Virus record (IMG/VR): IMGVR_UViG_3300028394_000044
Location: 64,001-128,000 of that record
From: a virus
Strand: one strand, 5' to 3'
DNA length: 64,000 nucleotides
Below are positions 39,760 through 49,460 of the stretch, piece by piece. The notes beneath the pieces were generated by a model. The model had not been told where the DNA came from and searched no databases. It was given only the letters and a program-made list of their open reading frames with translations. The translations under genes and the position numbers were made by a program. Numbering within the stretch: position 1 is the stretch's first letter; each line of letters begins with the position of its first letter.

Positions 39760-40335
39760 ATGTTTGTATTTGATGTTGAGACCTTAGGTAAAAGGTCAAG
39801 TTCCGTGATATTATCCATGGCCGCTGTATATTTTAATCCAGATGAGAAGCCGGATCACATCCAGCTAAGACAAAACTCCTTCTTTATCAAGTTTGATGTA
39901 CAAGACCAAATTAAGAGATTAAACCGTGAGGTAGGTAAATCCACCATAGATTGGTGGGCTAAACAATGCGAGAATGTCAAAAACAAATCATTTAAACCAT
40001 CATCCAATGACGTACCATTTGAAACTGGGCATGAATTAATGCGTGAATGGGCTAAGTCAAAGAACGACAACAAATGTTGGGTATGGGCTAGAGGTAATCT
40101 AGATCAATTAGTGTTGGATGATATAGAAGAACAATTAGAGATAGAACCAATATGGGAATACAATCGTTGGAGAGATGTGAGAACAGCAGTAGATTTCCTG
40201 TATGGAACAACAACAGGCTACACCGAAGTCCACCATCCAGTATTTGATTCAAAGCTACATATAACGAAACACAATCCAGTAGATGATTGTATTTTTGATG
40301 CTATGATGTTAATGTATGGGAACAAAAATGAATGA
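39760..40335 (+). CDS. DEDD 3'-5' exonuclease (DexA-like)
   Basis: FDVETLG, WARG..D, RDVRT, HNP.DD. Confidence 0.85.
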   Translation: MFVFDVETLGKRSSSVILSMAAVYFNPDEKPDHIQLRQNSFFIKFDVQDQIKRLNREVGKSTIDWWAKQCENVKNKSFKPSSNDVPFETGHELMREWAKSKNDNKCWVWARGNLDQLVLDDIEEQLEIEPIWEYNRWRDVRTAVDFLYGTTTGYTEVHHPVFDSKLHITKHNPVDDCIFDAMMLMYGNKNE

Positions 40336-40524
40336 ACAAACCAAAGCCAAACTGTATGAGTTAGTAGAGTACTATATCAATGGAAAAGTCCAAGAATTCC
40401 ATAGTACCTCATATTCCAGTATAACATTTAAGAACAATAGATTCCAAGAGCTACAAAAAGAACATAGTGACCTGATGAACATGGTAGATTCTATTGAGTA
40501 AATGGGTATAATAATCTAAAATAG

Positions 40525-40556
40525 TGTGGATAAGCTGTGGATAAGTAAGTACTCAC
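40525..40556. promoter_or_regulatory. Two tandem DnaA boxes followed by an SlmA-site-like palindrome
   Basis: TGTGGATAA at 40525 and 40536; GTAAGTACTCAC at 40545. Confidence 0.55.
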
Positions 40557-40590
40557 TAACTTGTGAACGCACTACTGAGGATTTTGCACT

Positions 40591-40905
40591 ATGAAACAAT
40601 GCCCACGATGTGGTGTTGAACACCAAAAAAGAGGTCCGTTTTGTAGCCAATCTTGCGGTAATGTCCGAGAACAACCAGCGGAGCTACGACAAGCAAAAAG
40701 CGAAAAGCTGAGAGCCTATCATGCATCACCGGAAGGTGCAGCCACGCGGTCGATATCCAGCGATTTTGCATCACGCCTTAATAAGAACAGAGCATTAGAA
40801 AGGGCTGGCGAATACGTTTTGACCGATCCAGACTGGATGCTAGACGTTCCGCTATCAGTTGACCAGATGCATACATATGACGATGATGATAACTCATGGT
40901 TATAG
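40591..40905 (+). CDS. Zinc-finger hypothetical protein
   Basis: CPRC..FCSQSC. Confidence 0.6.
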   Translation: MKQCPRCGVEHQKRGPFCSQSCGNVREQPAELRQAKSEKLRAYHASPEGAATRSISSDFASRLNKNRALERAGEYVLTDPDWMLDVPLSVDQMHTYDDDDNSWL

Positions 40906-40932
40906 GGCGATCAAAGCCCTCAAAGGATATGC

Positions 40933-41085
40933 ATGAAAACACTAAAGAACCATTGCGAGAATTGCGAAAGCACCTATAAAATCGTATATGATGAAGAAAC
41001 GATAACAGACGAACCACACTTTTGTCCAGTATGTGCTGAGTACATAACTGAAGATAGTGAGGACACGGATGAATTGGACCTATAG
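40933..41085 (+). CDS. Small zinc-ribbon protein (not in ORF track)
   Basis: CENC..FCPVC, acidic tail, AAGGA RBS. Confidence 0.6.
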   Translation: MKTLKNHCENCESTYKIVYDEETITDEPHFCPVCAEYITEDSEDTDELDL

Positions 41086-41470
41086 AGGCACAGAGATAAC
41101 GCCAGAGGTCATTGGAGATTCATATGGATTCGTATACATCATAACCAATCTTAAGACCAATCGCCGATACATTGGTCGAAAGTATTTTACTAAAGCTGGT
41201 TACAAGACAGTAAAGGGTAAGAGAAAGAAGATTAGACTTTCCTCTGGATGGGAATCCTACTATGGATCCAATAAAGTATTGCTAGAAGACGTTGCTACAC
41301 TTGGTGCAGACTATTTTGATAGGGAAATTATTCACCTGTGCCGTAACCGGTCAGAGTGTTCCTACTGGGAAACGCATTACATCTTCCAGTATGAAGCCTT
41401 ACTAAGTGACAGATGGTACAATGAGTGGTGCTCATGTAAAGTGATGAAGCGGAACTTGGTGCCTAAGTAA
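41069..41470 (+). CDS. GIY-YIG endonuclease (Seg/EndoII-like)
   Basis: GFVY.ITN..YIGRK, Y.GS, YN. Confidence 0.85.
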   Translation: MNWTYRGTEITPEVIGDSYGFVYIITNLKTNRRYIGRKYFTKAGYKTVKGKRKKIRLSSGWESYYGSNKVLLEDVATLGADYFDREIIHLCRNRSECSYWETHYIFQYEALLSDRWYNEWCSCKVMKRNLVPK

Positions 41471-41687
41471 ATTCTTGGTTTTTTCTTGTTATAAATCAAC
41501 AACTTACAGCCGGGTTTTTCAGGAGTTTGCTGTTATTGCATGGGCATGTAGGGTAGAAGCTAGGCTGTGGCTTAACCTGCATTGGAGCAAGGCATTTGGT
41601 AGACGCCCACTCCCACCGTCCACCCCCACACTGTTCGACCATTCTATTATACCAGGTTCTAGGTAATTGTCAAGTACAGTAAAAGTA

Positions 41688-41843
41688 CTACACGGAGTTC
41701 CACTTATCACAATAGTATTTGGCATCCCGACGAAGGTCAAAGGCATCCGTCACGAAGTCTCCGTCCATGACATACCACACCACCTTTTCTAGACCGGTCT
41801 TGGTCATGGTGTAGGCTCGTTTGATGGTATATTTTGGCGTCAT
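41688..41843 (-). CDS. Small early protein, leaderless (not in ORF track)
   Basis: 51 aa ORF 6 nt downstream of minus-strand TTGACA-17-TATAAT. Confidence 0.55.
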   Translation of the reverse strand: MTPKYTIKRAYTMTKTGLEKVVWYVMDGDFVTDAFDLRRDAKYYCDKWNSV

Positions 41844-41897
41844 GAGTTAATTATACCATAGATACCGTGCGGTGTCAAGTCAGAAGAAAGTTCTCTT

Positions 41898-42284
41898 TTA
41901 CCACAAGACGTGGTTATCGCCCCATTCCCTTATGTGAGCACCTCGTTCCCTCATTGAATCGATGGTTTCATCCGCTTCCTTATCCAGAAGGTCTTTAATA
42001 TAATTGACCTCAGCATAGGATAATTCGAACCATTCGCCTTTAATTTTCCTCTTAGAGTAATTCTTATGTAAATACAATTCAACGTCATATGGTTCTGGAA
42101 TTTGAGGTGAGATATATTCTATACCCAACTGCACCCAATTTCCAGTATTCAAAGTTGACAGGCGTTTGGCTACACCTTTATTGCTTTTGGAGACACCAAT
42201 TTTGAATGGCCATGTTCCAGTTCCACTAGTCCAATCTTTGTGAGGTTTGATAGGTCCAATTAAGTATACGTGTCCAATGGCCAT
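41898..42284 (-). CDS. T5orf172/MUG113-type GIY-YIG protein
   Basis: GHVYLI..KIGVS..RL..LNTGN..E..LH..GEWF. Confidence 0.8.
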   Translation of the reverse strand: MAIGHVYLIGPIKPHKDWTSGTGTWPFKIGVSKSNKGVAKRLSTLNTGNWVQLGIEYISPQIPEPYDVELYLHKNYSKRKIKGEWFELSYAEVNYIKDLLDKEADETIDSMRERGAHIREWGDNHVLW

Positions 42285-42285
42285 A

Positions 42286-42450
42286 TCACTCCGACCAGTC
42301 GGAGATATACTCCTCAATGTTTTCAATCTCTGCACGAAGTACCTCAGGAGAAACCTTCTCCAATAGCTTTAGGATATCCGCTAGAGCATCTCCTAGGTCC
42401 ATATCATACTGGTCTACCATATCAAGGTATTGTTGGGCTAATGTTTTCAT
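42286..42450 (-). CDS. Small acidic protein (not in ORF track)
   Basis: 54 aa MKTLAQQYLD.. with GGAG RBS. Confidence 0.55.
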   Translation of the reverse strand: MKTLAQQYLDMVDQYDMDLGDALADILKLLEKVSPEVLRAEIENIEEYISDWSE

Positions 42451-42832
42451 ACAGTCTCCATAAGTTCATCATTGTCCACCAGAAGGGAGGTTGCAGGCTC
42501 AGTGCGCCATGGACACCAAAGCGTCTTGGTATGGTTCTATTATACCAGGTTTTTGGCAATTGTCAATAGGCAATCATTCAAATAGTTGCAAAAAAACAAC
42601 TTGACAACTTTGGACATACCAATTATAATCCATGTGTTGGGTGTTTAAATGATATTTTGTAGTAAATGGTTCTCAGTAATTTTACTATGGTATTCGTTGA
42701 CACATTGGTAAAACTCTGGTATAATAGAGACATGATGAAACGAATTACTGAACTTTTTCAAGCCGCTGTAGTTGCGGTGGTGATGTTTTCACCTCTTTTT
42801 TACTACATTCTTTTTCAGATGGAACCTTAATT

Positions 42833-43081
42833 ATGCGAACTAAAAGACTCTTTGTTGGTCTTAGGAACTCCCAGCGGATCCGAGTGATTATGGATGGTAT
42901 AGGTTTTTATACCACCGTAGCCGGTACCAATGAACTTCCGTTTGTGAACCAACGGTTAGCTATCCAAATGAGCCTTATTCAGATTGGTAAAGAAAATATA
43001 AGTGGACTTGGCACCACTTATAATTACTATGATGAAAAAATGGTATATAAAAGTATTCAAGTACAGGTGAATTTAGTATGA
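42833..43081 (+). CDS. Hypothetical early protein
   Basis: ORF downstream of early promoters. Confidence 0.55.
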   Translation: MRTKRLFVGLRNSQRIRVIMDGIGFYTTVAGTNELPFVNQRLAIQMSLIQIGKENISGLGTTYNYYDEKMVYKSIQVQVNLV

Positions 43082-43254
43082 AAAATAACGATTTAGCCAA
43101 ACGGATTGGTCTTGCGGAAGACATTTTATATGAAGTTTGCTTGGAGATTGATGACCAAGCTACTGAGGAGCAATCCCGACTGATTGAGGAAGCTAAAGAA
43201 GCACTGGAAAATCTCTATTTTTCTCTCCGAGACTTAAAAATAGTCTAAAAACAC

Positions 43255-43282
43255 TTGACAATTACCCGGAATCGTGTATAAT
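43255..43282 (+). promoter_or_regulatory. Strong sigma70 early promoter (repeated family)
   Basis: TTGACA-16-TATAAT; related copies at 43829, 44123, 44710, 45466, 48930, 61051. Confidence 0.85.
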
Positions 43283-43314
43283 AGAATCTTAGACAGTAAA
43301 GAAAAGGTTAGAAA

Positions 43315-43587
43315 ATGTCAGAACTTACAGAATACACACTGGAAATCTACAAAGCAGATAAACGTACCAAAGAAGGTAAACGTTTGGTTGCAAAACAAGA
43401 CTTTGCTCCTAGTACTAAAGCGTATATTAATATTGTAGCCGATGGTAAGCGTAAGTTGGGTTTCAGTGTTGAAGTGTTTGAGACCTTTGTTACCCGTAAA
43501 AATATTATGTCTGGTAAAGAGTTTCAGGAACGCTATGATACTCCGTATTACTGCTCTCCGTCCAGTGAATCTTTTTGGTCAATGTAA
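43315..43587 (+). CDS. Hypothetical early protein
   Basis: D.RTK.G and TP..CSPSSE..WSM motifs. Confidence 0.65.
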   Translation: MSELTEYTLEIYKADKRTKEGKRLVAKQDFAPSTKAYINIVADGKRKLGFSVEVFETFVTRKNIMSGKEFQERYDTPYYCSPSSESFWSM

Positions 43588-43597
43588 AGTTTTACAA

Positions 43598-43822
43598 ATG
43601 AAATCAAAAATCTTTATTGTTCAACGTGACAACGACAAGTATTTTAAGCAGAAACTGCCTACATGGCGCAATGGTTTCTGTGAAATCGTCCGGAATGTCA
43701 CTATTGAAAAGGACCCGCACGATATTTACCAAGATGGTGAATGGGGTTACATCACGGTCTATGGCCGTAAGATTTATGTCACACGGGCAGGCACTGAATT
43801 TGCATTTGAAATTCGTGGCTAA
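43598..43822 (+). CDS. Hypothetical early protein
   Basis: ORF between promoter cassettes. Confidence 0.5.
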   Translation: MKSKIFIVQRDNDKYFKQKLPTWRNGFCEIVRNVTIEKDPHDIYQDGEWGYITVYGRKIYVTRAGTEFAFEIRG

Positions 43823-43876
43823 AAAGACTTGACAAGTACCCGGAATCGTGTATAATAGAGCCATAGAGAGAAAAAA

Positions 43877-44095
43877 ATGAACGATTTAAATTCTATTTCA
43901 GTTGCTGATATGATGGCTGCCTTGGCTCGTTTGCCTGCGGATGCACGTTTGGTGGTTACTCATTCCGGTTATTACTGCTATGATGACTTTGCAGATATTT
44001 ACGCACCTACTCCAGTGGATGCTAACGGTGACCGTGTTATGTATCCAGCGGATGCAGTTGCTTGGTCTATCGGTCATTCTCATCAGTCTTATTAA
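43877..44095 (+). CDS. Hypothetical early protein
   Basis: Follows promoter cassette. Confidence 0.6.
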   Translation: MNDLNSISVADMMAALARLPADARLVVTHSGYYCYDDFADIYAPTPVDANGDRVMYPADAVAWSIGHSHQSY

Positions 44096-44180
44096 TACCT
44101 GACTAAACCGGTCAGGTATTTCTTGCCATGGGTACGGAATCGTGTATAATAGAGCCATAGATTAGAGAAAAGGTTAGAAA

Positions 44181-44381
44181 ATGTCATTCGAGAAAAATGT
44201 CCTGGAAGTTGTAGGTAATACTGTCGGTATTGAAGTTTTTGCTAAATTTGAGTACGGTACTTTGTTCGTTGAGTGTACACCGCGTGAAGCCTCTAAGATT
44301 GAAACTGCATTGCTCAAAGTGGTTAATTGTGGTGTTATCGTTTCACCTGTTGCTGGTGAATTTGCTTTTGATTTTACCTAA
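44181..44381 (+). CDS. Hypothetical early protein
   Basis: Follows promoter cassette; ends EFAFDF. Confidence 0.6.
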   Translation: MSFEKNVLEVVGNTVGIEVFAKFEYGTLFVECTPREASKIETALLKVVNCGVIVSPVAGEFAFDFT

Positions 44382-44877
44382 GGAATAAAATGTCCGTTAT
44401 GTCTGACCTCTACATCCAGATTCAGGAAATGCTTGAATCTGATGAAAGTTTTTATTACATCTCCAAAAAACTTGACATTCCGGTGTCATGGGTCCTGCAA
44501 GTAAACCAAGATATGCAGGAAGATTATGTCCAAGATTAAATCTCAATTTGTAACTTCCGATGGTGTTAAAATCACCATTTATAAGCCTTCTGGACCTAGA
44601 GCTGGTGAAAAGACTTGGCGTAATAATAAGTACTCAGTTTATAACCTAGGTGCTCAAGCATGTAAGACTGGGCGGCGTAGCGTTTTTGCAACACCCGGTT
44701 AAATAATTGTTGACTATTTCCCGGGAACGTGTATAATAGGTACTGTTGAGTTGATAAATTGTTTGGAGTTTTTATGTTGACCTTTGTTTTGTGTGTTTTT
44801 ACTGTTTGTGTCTTGGCTGGCGCTTTTGTTGGTGGTTCAGTCAAAACTTTGGGTTAATTTTTACACAGGAGAATAAA

Positions 44878-45072
44878 ATGTCCTACTATTTTGCTATGTT
44901 TACTGATGCTGGTAATGCGGCTGTTTTAGATGTGTGCGTTTATGCTAAGACCAATGGTCTAAGTTGGAATAATGTCTGTGACCAATTAGAGGATTTGTCG
45001 AGACTTGAAGGTTTTGGTGAAGCTACGGATACAGAAGTCCGTGAATGTGTTTGGTTATATCTTGGCTACTAA
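44878..45072 (+). CDS. Hypothetical early protein
   Basis: AGGAG RBS; MFTD.GN..EA.DT.VRE motif. Confidence 0.6.
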   Translation: MSYYFAMFTDAGNAAVLDVCVYAKTNGLSWNNVCDQLEDLSRLEGFGEATDTEVRECVWLYLGY

Positions 45073-45089
45073 GATAAGAGGACTCAAAA

Positions 45090-45464
45090 ATGACTACAGA
45101 ATTGAAATCTTGGGATAAGTTGACAGTGTTGGAACAGGCTCATTATACCTATTGGGAAATGCACAAGGATGCATACGGTTTCCGTCCCCGTGGTATTGAT
45201 ACTTCAACTTGGACCTTGGCCGAGTTTGAGGCTGAGTTCGTAGTCCTTGGCCAAGCTATTGAAGCTGGAGAAAAGGCTCGTCTAGAAGAAGAATCTCGTG
45301 CTATTGTGGAGTTTGAAAACCGTGTTACAAATTTAATGCACCCCGGTACTAACCGTGAGCGTGTTATTTCATGGTTGATGGATGCTGAAAGTGCTAACGG
45401 AGATTTTGAGTACTTTTGTTTCACACAGGGTTTACCCTATCAATACTTTCATAAGGTAGCATAA
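45090..45464 (+). CDS. Hypothetical early protein
   Basis: HKDAYGFRPR motif. Confidence 0.65.
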   Translation: MTTELKSWDKLTVLEQAHYTYWEMHKDAYGFRPRGIDTSTWTLAEFEAEFVVLGQAIEAGEKARLEEESRAIVEFENRVTNLMHPGTNRERVISWLMDAESANGDFEYFCFTQGLPYQYFHKVA

Positions 45465-45525
45465 CTTGCCAATAAATGGGTATTGTGCTATAATAGAATC
45501 ATAGATTAGAGAAAAAGGAATTAAG

Positions 45526-45855
45526 ATGCTTACAGATACAGACTTTCCTGCGGTACATGCTACTGCATCCATGGCCGCTAGAAAAACAACCGAAGACTTT
45601 TTAGCAAAAAATGGTGACCGTGATTGTTGCGGTTTTGCTTGGGTTAATGTGTACAAAGTGCGATCCAATAGCAAATTGGGTAAGGCTCTGGTAAAAGTTG
45701 GATTTTCAAAATCCTATGAAGGCGGTTTACAGTTGTGGAATCCAAGCGGTTCATTTACACAATGCATCACTGCTAAAGAGGAAGGCGCTAGAGCATATGC
45801 CTCCGAGTTGCGAAAATATGGTATTGAAGCCTATGCTGGTTCAAGAATGGATTAA
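45526..45855 (+). CDS. Hypothetical early protein
   Basis: CGFAWV..KE.GA.AYA..SRMD motif. Confidence 0.65.
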   Translation: MLTDTDFPAVHATASMAARKTTEDFLAKNGDRDCCGFAWVNVYKVRSNSKLGKALVKVGFSKSYEGGLQLWNPSGSFTQCITAKEEGARAYASELRKYGIEAYAGSRMD

Positions 45856-45894
45856 ATTATACAGTATGTTTAACCTGTTATAAGAAAGATCCAG

Positions 45895-46716
45895 ATGAAC
45901 GAACGAATTGAAGAACTTGCCATACAGTCTGGTTTACCAACTGCACTTGATTATCACCAAAAACGATACGAGAAGTTCGCCCACCTGTTGATGCGTGAAA
46001 TTATGAGAGTTCAAGTCTCGTATCAAACAGGCATGGACTTAGAGAATAAAAAAATGGATAACCCAGCAAGAGAATTGACTTGGGCAGTGATTGAACATTT
46101 CGGAGTTGAAGAATGAACAAGCGTAAAATCACCACCCGAGTTATCCTTGACGGTGTTGTGGATAATACCTTTACACAGATGCGACAGGTTTACGTTGACG
46201 ATAAAGGTGAGTATGTAAATTGCGACCGCAATCGGTATCACATTACTAATGATAGTTTTGACATTGTTTATACTACTGGTCGAGCATTTACATTCGCAGA
46301 AGTGTTAAAGGATTTGGTATGAACGAACGAATTAAAGAACTGGCTGAACAAGTGGATAAAGAGTTCAATAGTCCTTATGACAGGCATAAAGCGATTGAAA
46401 GATTCGCCCAGTTGATTGTTCGGGAATGTGCCCTTACTGCTGGTTTGATGGAACGTGAAGGTCGCATGGGTATTGGAGCACAAATATTAGATAATTTCGG
46501 AGTTGAAGAATGAACGAACGAATTAAAGAACTTGCTGAACAGGCTACTACTTACATTGAGCCAACATCAAACAGTGGTGAAGGTTGGATCTTTGATAAAG
46601 AAAAGTTCGCCGAGTTGATTGTGAAAGAAACGATGCAAGTTGTTGCTAACCAATTGCCAAGCAATCAATATCTTGATGTGGCACATGCAGTAATAGAACA
46701 TTACAAGGAACATTGA
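45895..46716 (+). repeat. Cluster of MNERI(K/E)ELA paralogous small ORFs (45895, 46319, 46510) with shared junction sequence
   Basis: ATGAACGAACGAATT repeated three times; TT(C/T)GGAGTTGAAGAATGA ending at 46116, 46513 and 46854. Confidence 0.8.
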
Positions 46717-47035
46717 TGTTACTTGAAATTCTAGGATTTGTTATTGGAGTGATTGGTTTGCTTTTGCTTTTCCGTTGGGTAGACCGGGTTAGAACCGATC
46801 CTTTAGATTACCCTCAAGATTATTATTAAGAAACATTTTGGAGTTGAAGAATGATTGAATTAGATGATGAAATTGCTGATGGTATCACTAAGGCTTCCTT
46901 GAAGTGGCACCGAGACAATACAAAAGATATGGTGGAAAAACATCAAAGAGGTGAGTATGTCCATCCTGATGATGTTGTTTATAATATTGAGTTGCTAAGA
47001 GCATTGAATGTGGTTCTAGCGTATTTTGGAGAAAA

Positions 47036-48046
47036 ATGATGCGTAAAATGGCTACTCTACGGAAGATTGATGCATTGCTGCCTATTGAAGGAGCTGATGC
47101 TATTGAGGCTGCTGTTGTTGGTGGCTGGAAAGTTGTAGTTAAAAAAGGTGAGTTTACAGTCGGTGATTTGGCTGTGTACTGTGAAATCGATTCTTGGATT
47201 CCTACTGAATTGGCTCCATTCCTCTCTAAAGGTAAAGAACCGCGAGAGTATGAGGGTATTAAAGGCGAAAGGCTCAAAACGGTTAAACTCCGTGGTCAAT
47301 TGTCACAAGGTCTATTGCTGAATCTTGATAATGTTTTACAGGATACTAATTCGTTCCAAGAAGGTGATGATGTTTCCGAAGTATTGAATATTGTGAAGTG
47401 GGACCGCCCTATGCCAGCACAATTAGCTGGCATGGCTAAAGGTAACTTTCCATCATTGATTCCTAAGACGGATCAGGAACGTGTTCAAAACTTGACTAAG
47501 GAAATTGAAGCGGCTAAATCATTGCGGTTCGAGGTGACTGAAAAGCTGGAAGGCTCTTCTATGACCGTATACATGATTGATGGCGAATTCGGTGTTTGCT
47601 CACGTAATATGGACTTGAAGCGGGATGAAAATAACTCATTCTGGAAAGTTGCTATTCGTGATAACATTGAATTGAAGATTCGTTCTATGGACATGGACAA
47701 TGTTGCTATTCAAGGTGAATTGATTGGTCCTGGTATTCAAGGCAATATCTATAAACTAGACTCACTGGAATTCTATGTTTTTGATATGTACAGCATTAAA
47801 GCTGGTCAGTACATTTCTCCAAAGATGCGGGAATATTATGCGAATCAACTTAGGATGAAACATGTTCCAGTGTTGATGGTGAACGAAGACCTTGGTACTG
47901 GTTCTATTGATGAACTTCTACAGTGGGCGGAAGGTAAATCTAAGTTGAACCCTAAACAGGAACGTGAAGGTATCGTTTTTAAACAGGTTGATGGTGGAAT
48001 GACTTTTAAAGCTATTTCAAACAAGTACCTTCTTGGAGAAAAGTGA
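47036..48046 (+). CDS. RNA ligase, DRB0094 family
   Basis: N-term OB domain (GADAIE..EIDS..LRGQLSQG), PKTDQER, EKLEGSS, QGE, EGIVFK, FKAIS. Confidence 0.92.
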   Translation: MMRKMATLRKIDALLPIEGADAIEAAVVGGWKVVVKKGEFTVGDLAVYCEIDSWIPTELAPFLSKGKEPREYEGIKGERLKTVKLRGQLSQGLLLNLDNVLQDTNSFQEGDDVSEVLNIVKWDRPMPAQLAGMAKGNFPSLIPKTDQERVQNLTKEIEAAKSLRFEVTEKLEGSSMTVYMIDGEFGVCSRNMDLKRDENNSFWKVAIRDNIELKIRSMDMDNVAIQGELIGPGIQGNIYKLDSLEFYVFDMYSIKAGQYISPKMREYYANQLRMKHVPVLMVNEDLGTGSIDELLQWAEGKSKLNPKQEREGIVFKQVDGGMTFKAISNKYLLGEK

Positions 48047-48118
48047 TAATACTTGACCGGAGAGTGTGAATACTTTTTACTGACTTGACAACTGGCGTGG
48101 TTGTGTTAAACTGTACCT

Positions 48119-48340
48119 ATGTTGAAAGTTATTGAGTTTGTTGGTGTTTTTTGTGGTATTCTTGGGTCATTCTTGGTGGCTCGGGGAGTACTTTCCATTG
48201 GTTTCTGTCTTTTCTTGGTCTCTTCTGTAGCATTATGTTACTCAGCTATTAAGCAAAAGAATTGGAATTTAACATTGTTGCAAAGTGCATTCTTATTTTC
48301 GAATGTACTTGGTGTTTCTAATTATGTTTTTGGAATTTAA
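48119..48340 (+). CDS. Small three-TM membrane protein
   Basis: Hydrophobic throughout; leaderless start. Confidence 0.6.
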   Translation: MLKVIEFVGVFCGILGSFLVARGVLSIGFCLFLVSSVALCYSAIKQKNWNLTLLQSAFLFSNVLGVSNYVFGI

Positions 48341-48342
48341 TC

Positions 48343-48897
48343 ATGTTTAAAATTGAAACTCTGAAGGTAAAAGGTAGTGTTGCGGATTTTCTTACTGAAA
48401 TTCAAAATATTATGGGTATGAAATATCTTGGTTCTGGTATTAATGGTCGTGCATTTGCAGTTGATAATACAGAAATTATCAAAGTTTTTTATAAAGATGA
48501 TGCATATCGATATTTCATTAAGAAATTATCAAAATTAAAACAAGAAAATAGTTTTGCACCACGTATCAACTATGTCTTGAAATTAAAAGGTAATTTTGAA
48601 ACCTGCTACATGGTTTCTATGGAACGTTTATTAGGTGTTAATGAATTGAAGAAACCAGAACGTGAGAAATTTTATGAATTTCAGCGTTTTATTGAGAGAT
48701 ATATTAGTGATGATTTGCCTTTTCCTAAAAAAATTATTGATCCAATCTTTCCAAAAGAATTGATTGATATTCTTGAGATTATCGAGACTGGTACAAAAAA
48801 ACTTCGTTTTGCTTGTGATTTACATGCAGGTAATGTAATGGTCCGTGCAAATGGTGATTATGTTATTACCGATCCTATGGTTGGTGATTACGATTGA
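48343..48897 (+). CDS. Protein-kinase-like fold protein
   Basis: LGSGING Gly loop, IIK, MERL hinge, DLHAGN catalytic loop, DP. Confidence 0.75.
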   Translation: MFKIETLKVKGSVADFLTEIQNIMGMKYLGSGINGRAFAVDNTEIIKVFYKDDAYRYFIKKLSKLKQENSFAPRINYVLKLKGNFETCYMVSMERLLGVNELKKPEREKFYEFQRFIERYISDDLPFPKKIIDPIFPKELIDILEIIETGTKKLRFACDLHAGNVMVRANGDYVITDPMVGDYD

Positions 48898-48986
48898 TGT
48901 TGTATTTGTGCAACAATGCAAAAAAGTTGTTGACATGTTGGCTGGAACGTGTATAATAGATTATGTTGAGTTGAAAAGGAATTGAT

Positions 48987-49238
48987 ATGACTGTTTATTG
49001 CCTCTGGTCTTCTGGTTACAGCGTTTCCGCTTCTTTAGCGGTTTCTATTGTGAAGGAATCTGATAAAGCTATTCAGTTCCAGGTTCTGGACAATGAAAAA
49101 TGTCTCTTCTGGTTGCCTAAAAAAGCGGTGAAGTTTGATACGAAAACTGAAGGTGTCATAAATCTGGCTTCTTGGTTTGCAAAAGATTCGTTTTTAGCTT
49201 CTATGTTCAATCGGTACGGCAATCACTACAAAAGGTAA
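48987..49238 (+). CDS. Hypothetical protein
   Basis: ESDKAI..WLPK motif after promoter. Confidence 0.6.
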   Translation: MTVYCLWSSGYSVSASLAVSIVKESDKAIQFQVLDNEKCLFWLPKKAVKFDTKTEGVINLASWFAKDSFLASMFNRYGNHYKR

Positions 49239-49239
49239 T

Positions 49240-49458
49240 ATGATTCGCAAAAAAAACATTCATAGAGGTCCATTGATTATTGATTTGACTGGACCTGAAG
49301 GTAATGCATATTGTCTTATGGGTTATGCAACAAAATTTTCTAGGCAACTAGGGCTTGATTCTGAGTCTATCATTGATGAAATGAAGTCTGGCGACTATGA
49401 AAACTTAATTAAGGTTTTTGATAGTTATTTTGGTAATTATGTTATTTTGGAGAAGTGA
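49240..49458 (+). CDS. Hypothetical protein
   Basis: IDLTGPEGNAY..M.SGDYENL motif. Confidence 0.65.
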   Translation: MIRKKNIHRGPLIIDLTGPEGNAYCLMGYATKFSRQLGLDSESIIDEMKSGDYENLIKVFDSYFGNYVILEK

Positions 49459-49460
49459 AA

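Noticed and set aside
42451-42532. Structured 5' UTR or riboswitch on the minus strand
   Set aside because: Only a 6-bp TGTCCA/TGGACA stem is evident; no recognisable aptamer consensus.
43245-46860. Repeats as a possible CRISPR array
   Set aside because: The repeats are promoters and RBS junctions separated by 200-600 nt ORFs, not constant-length spacers; no cas genes.
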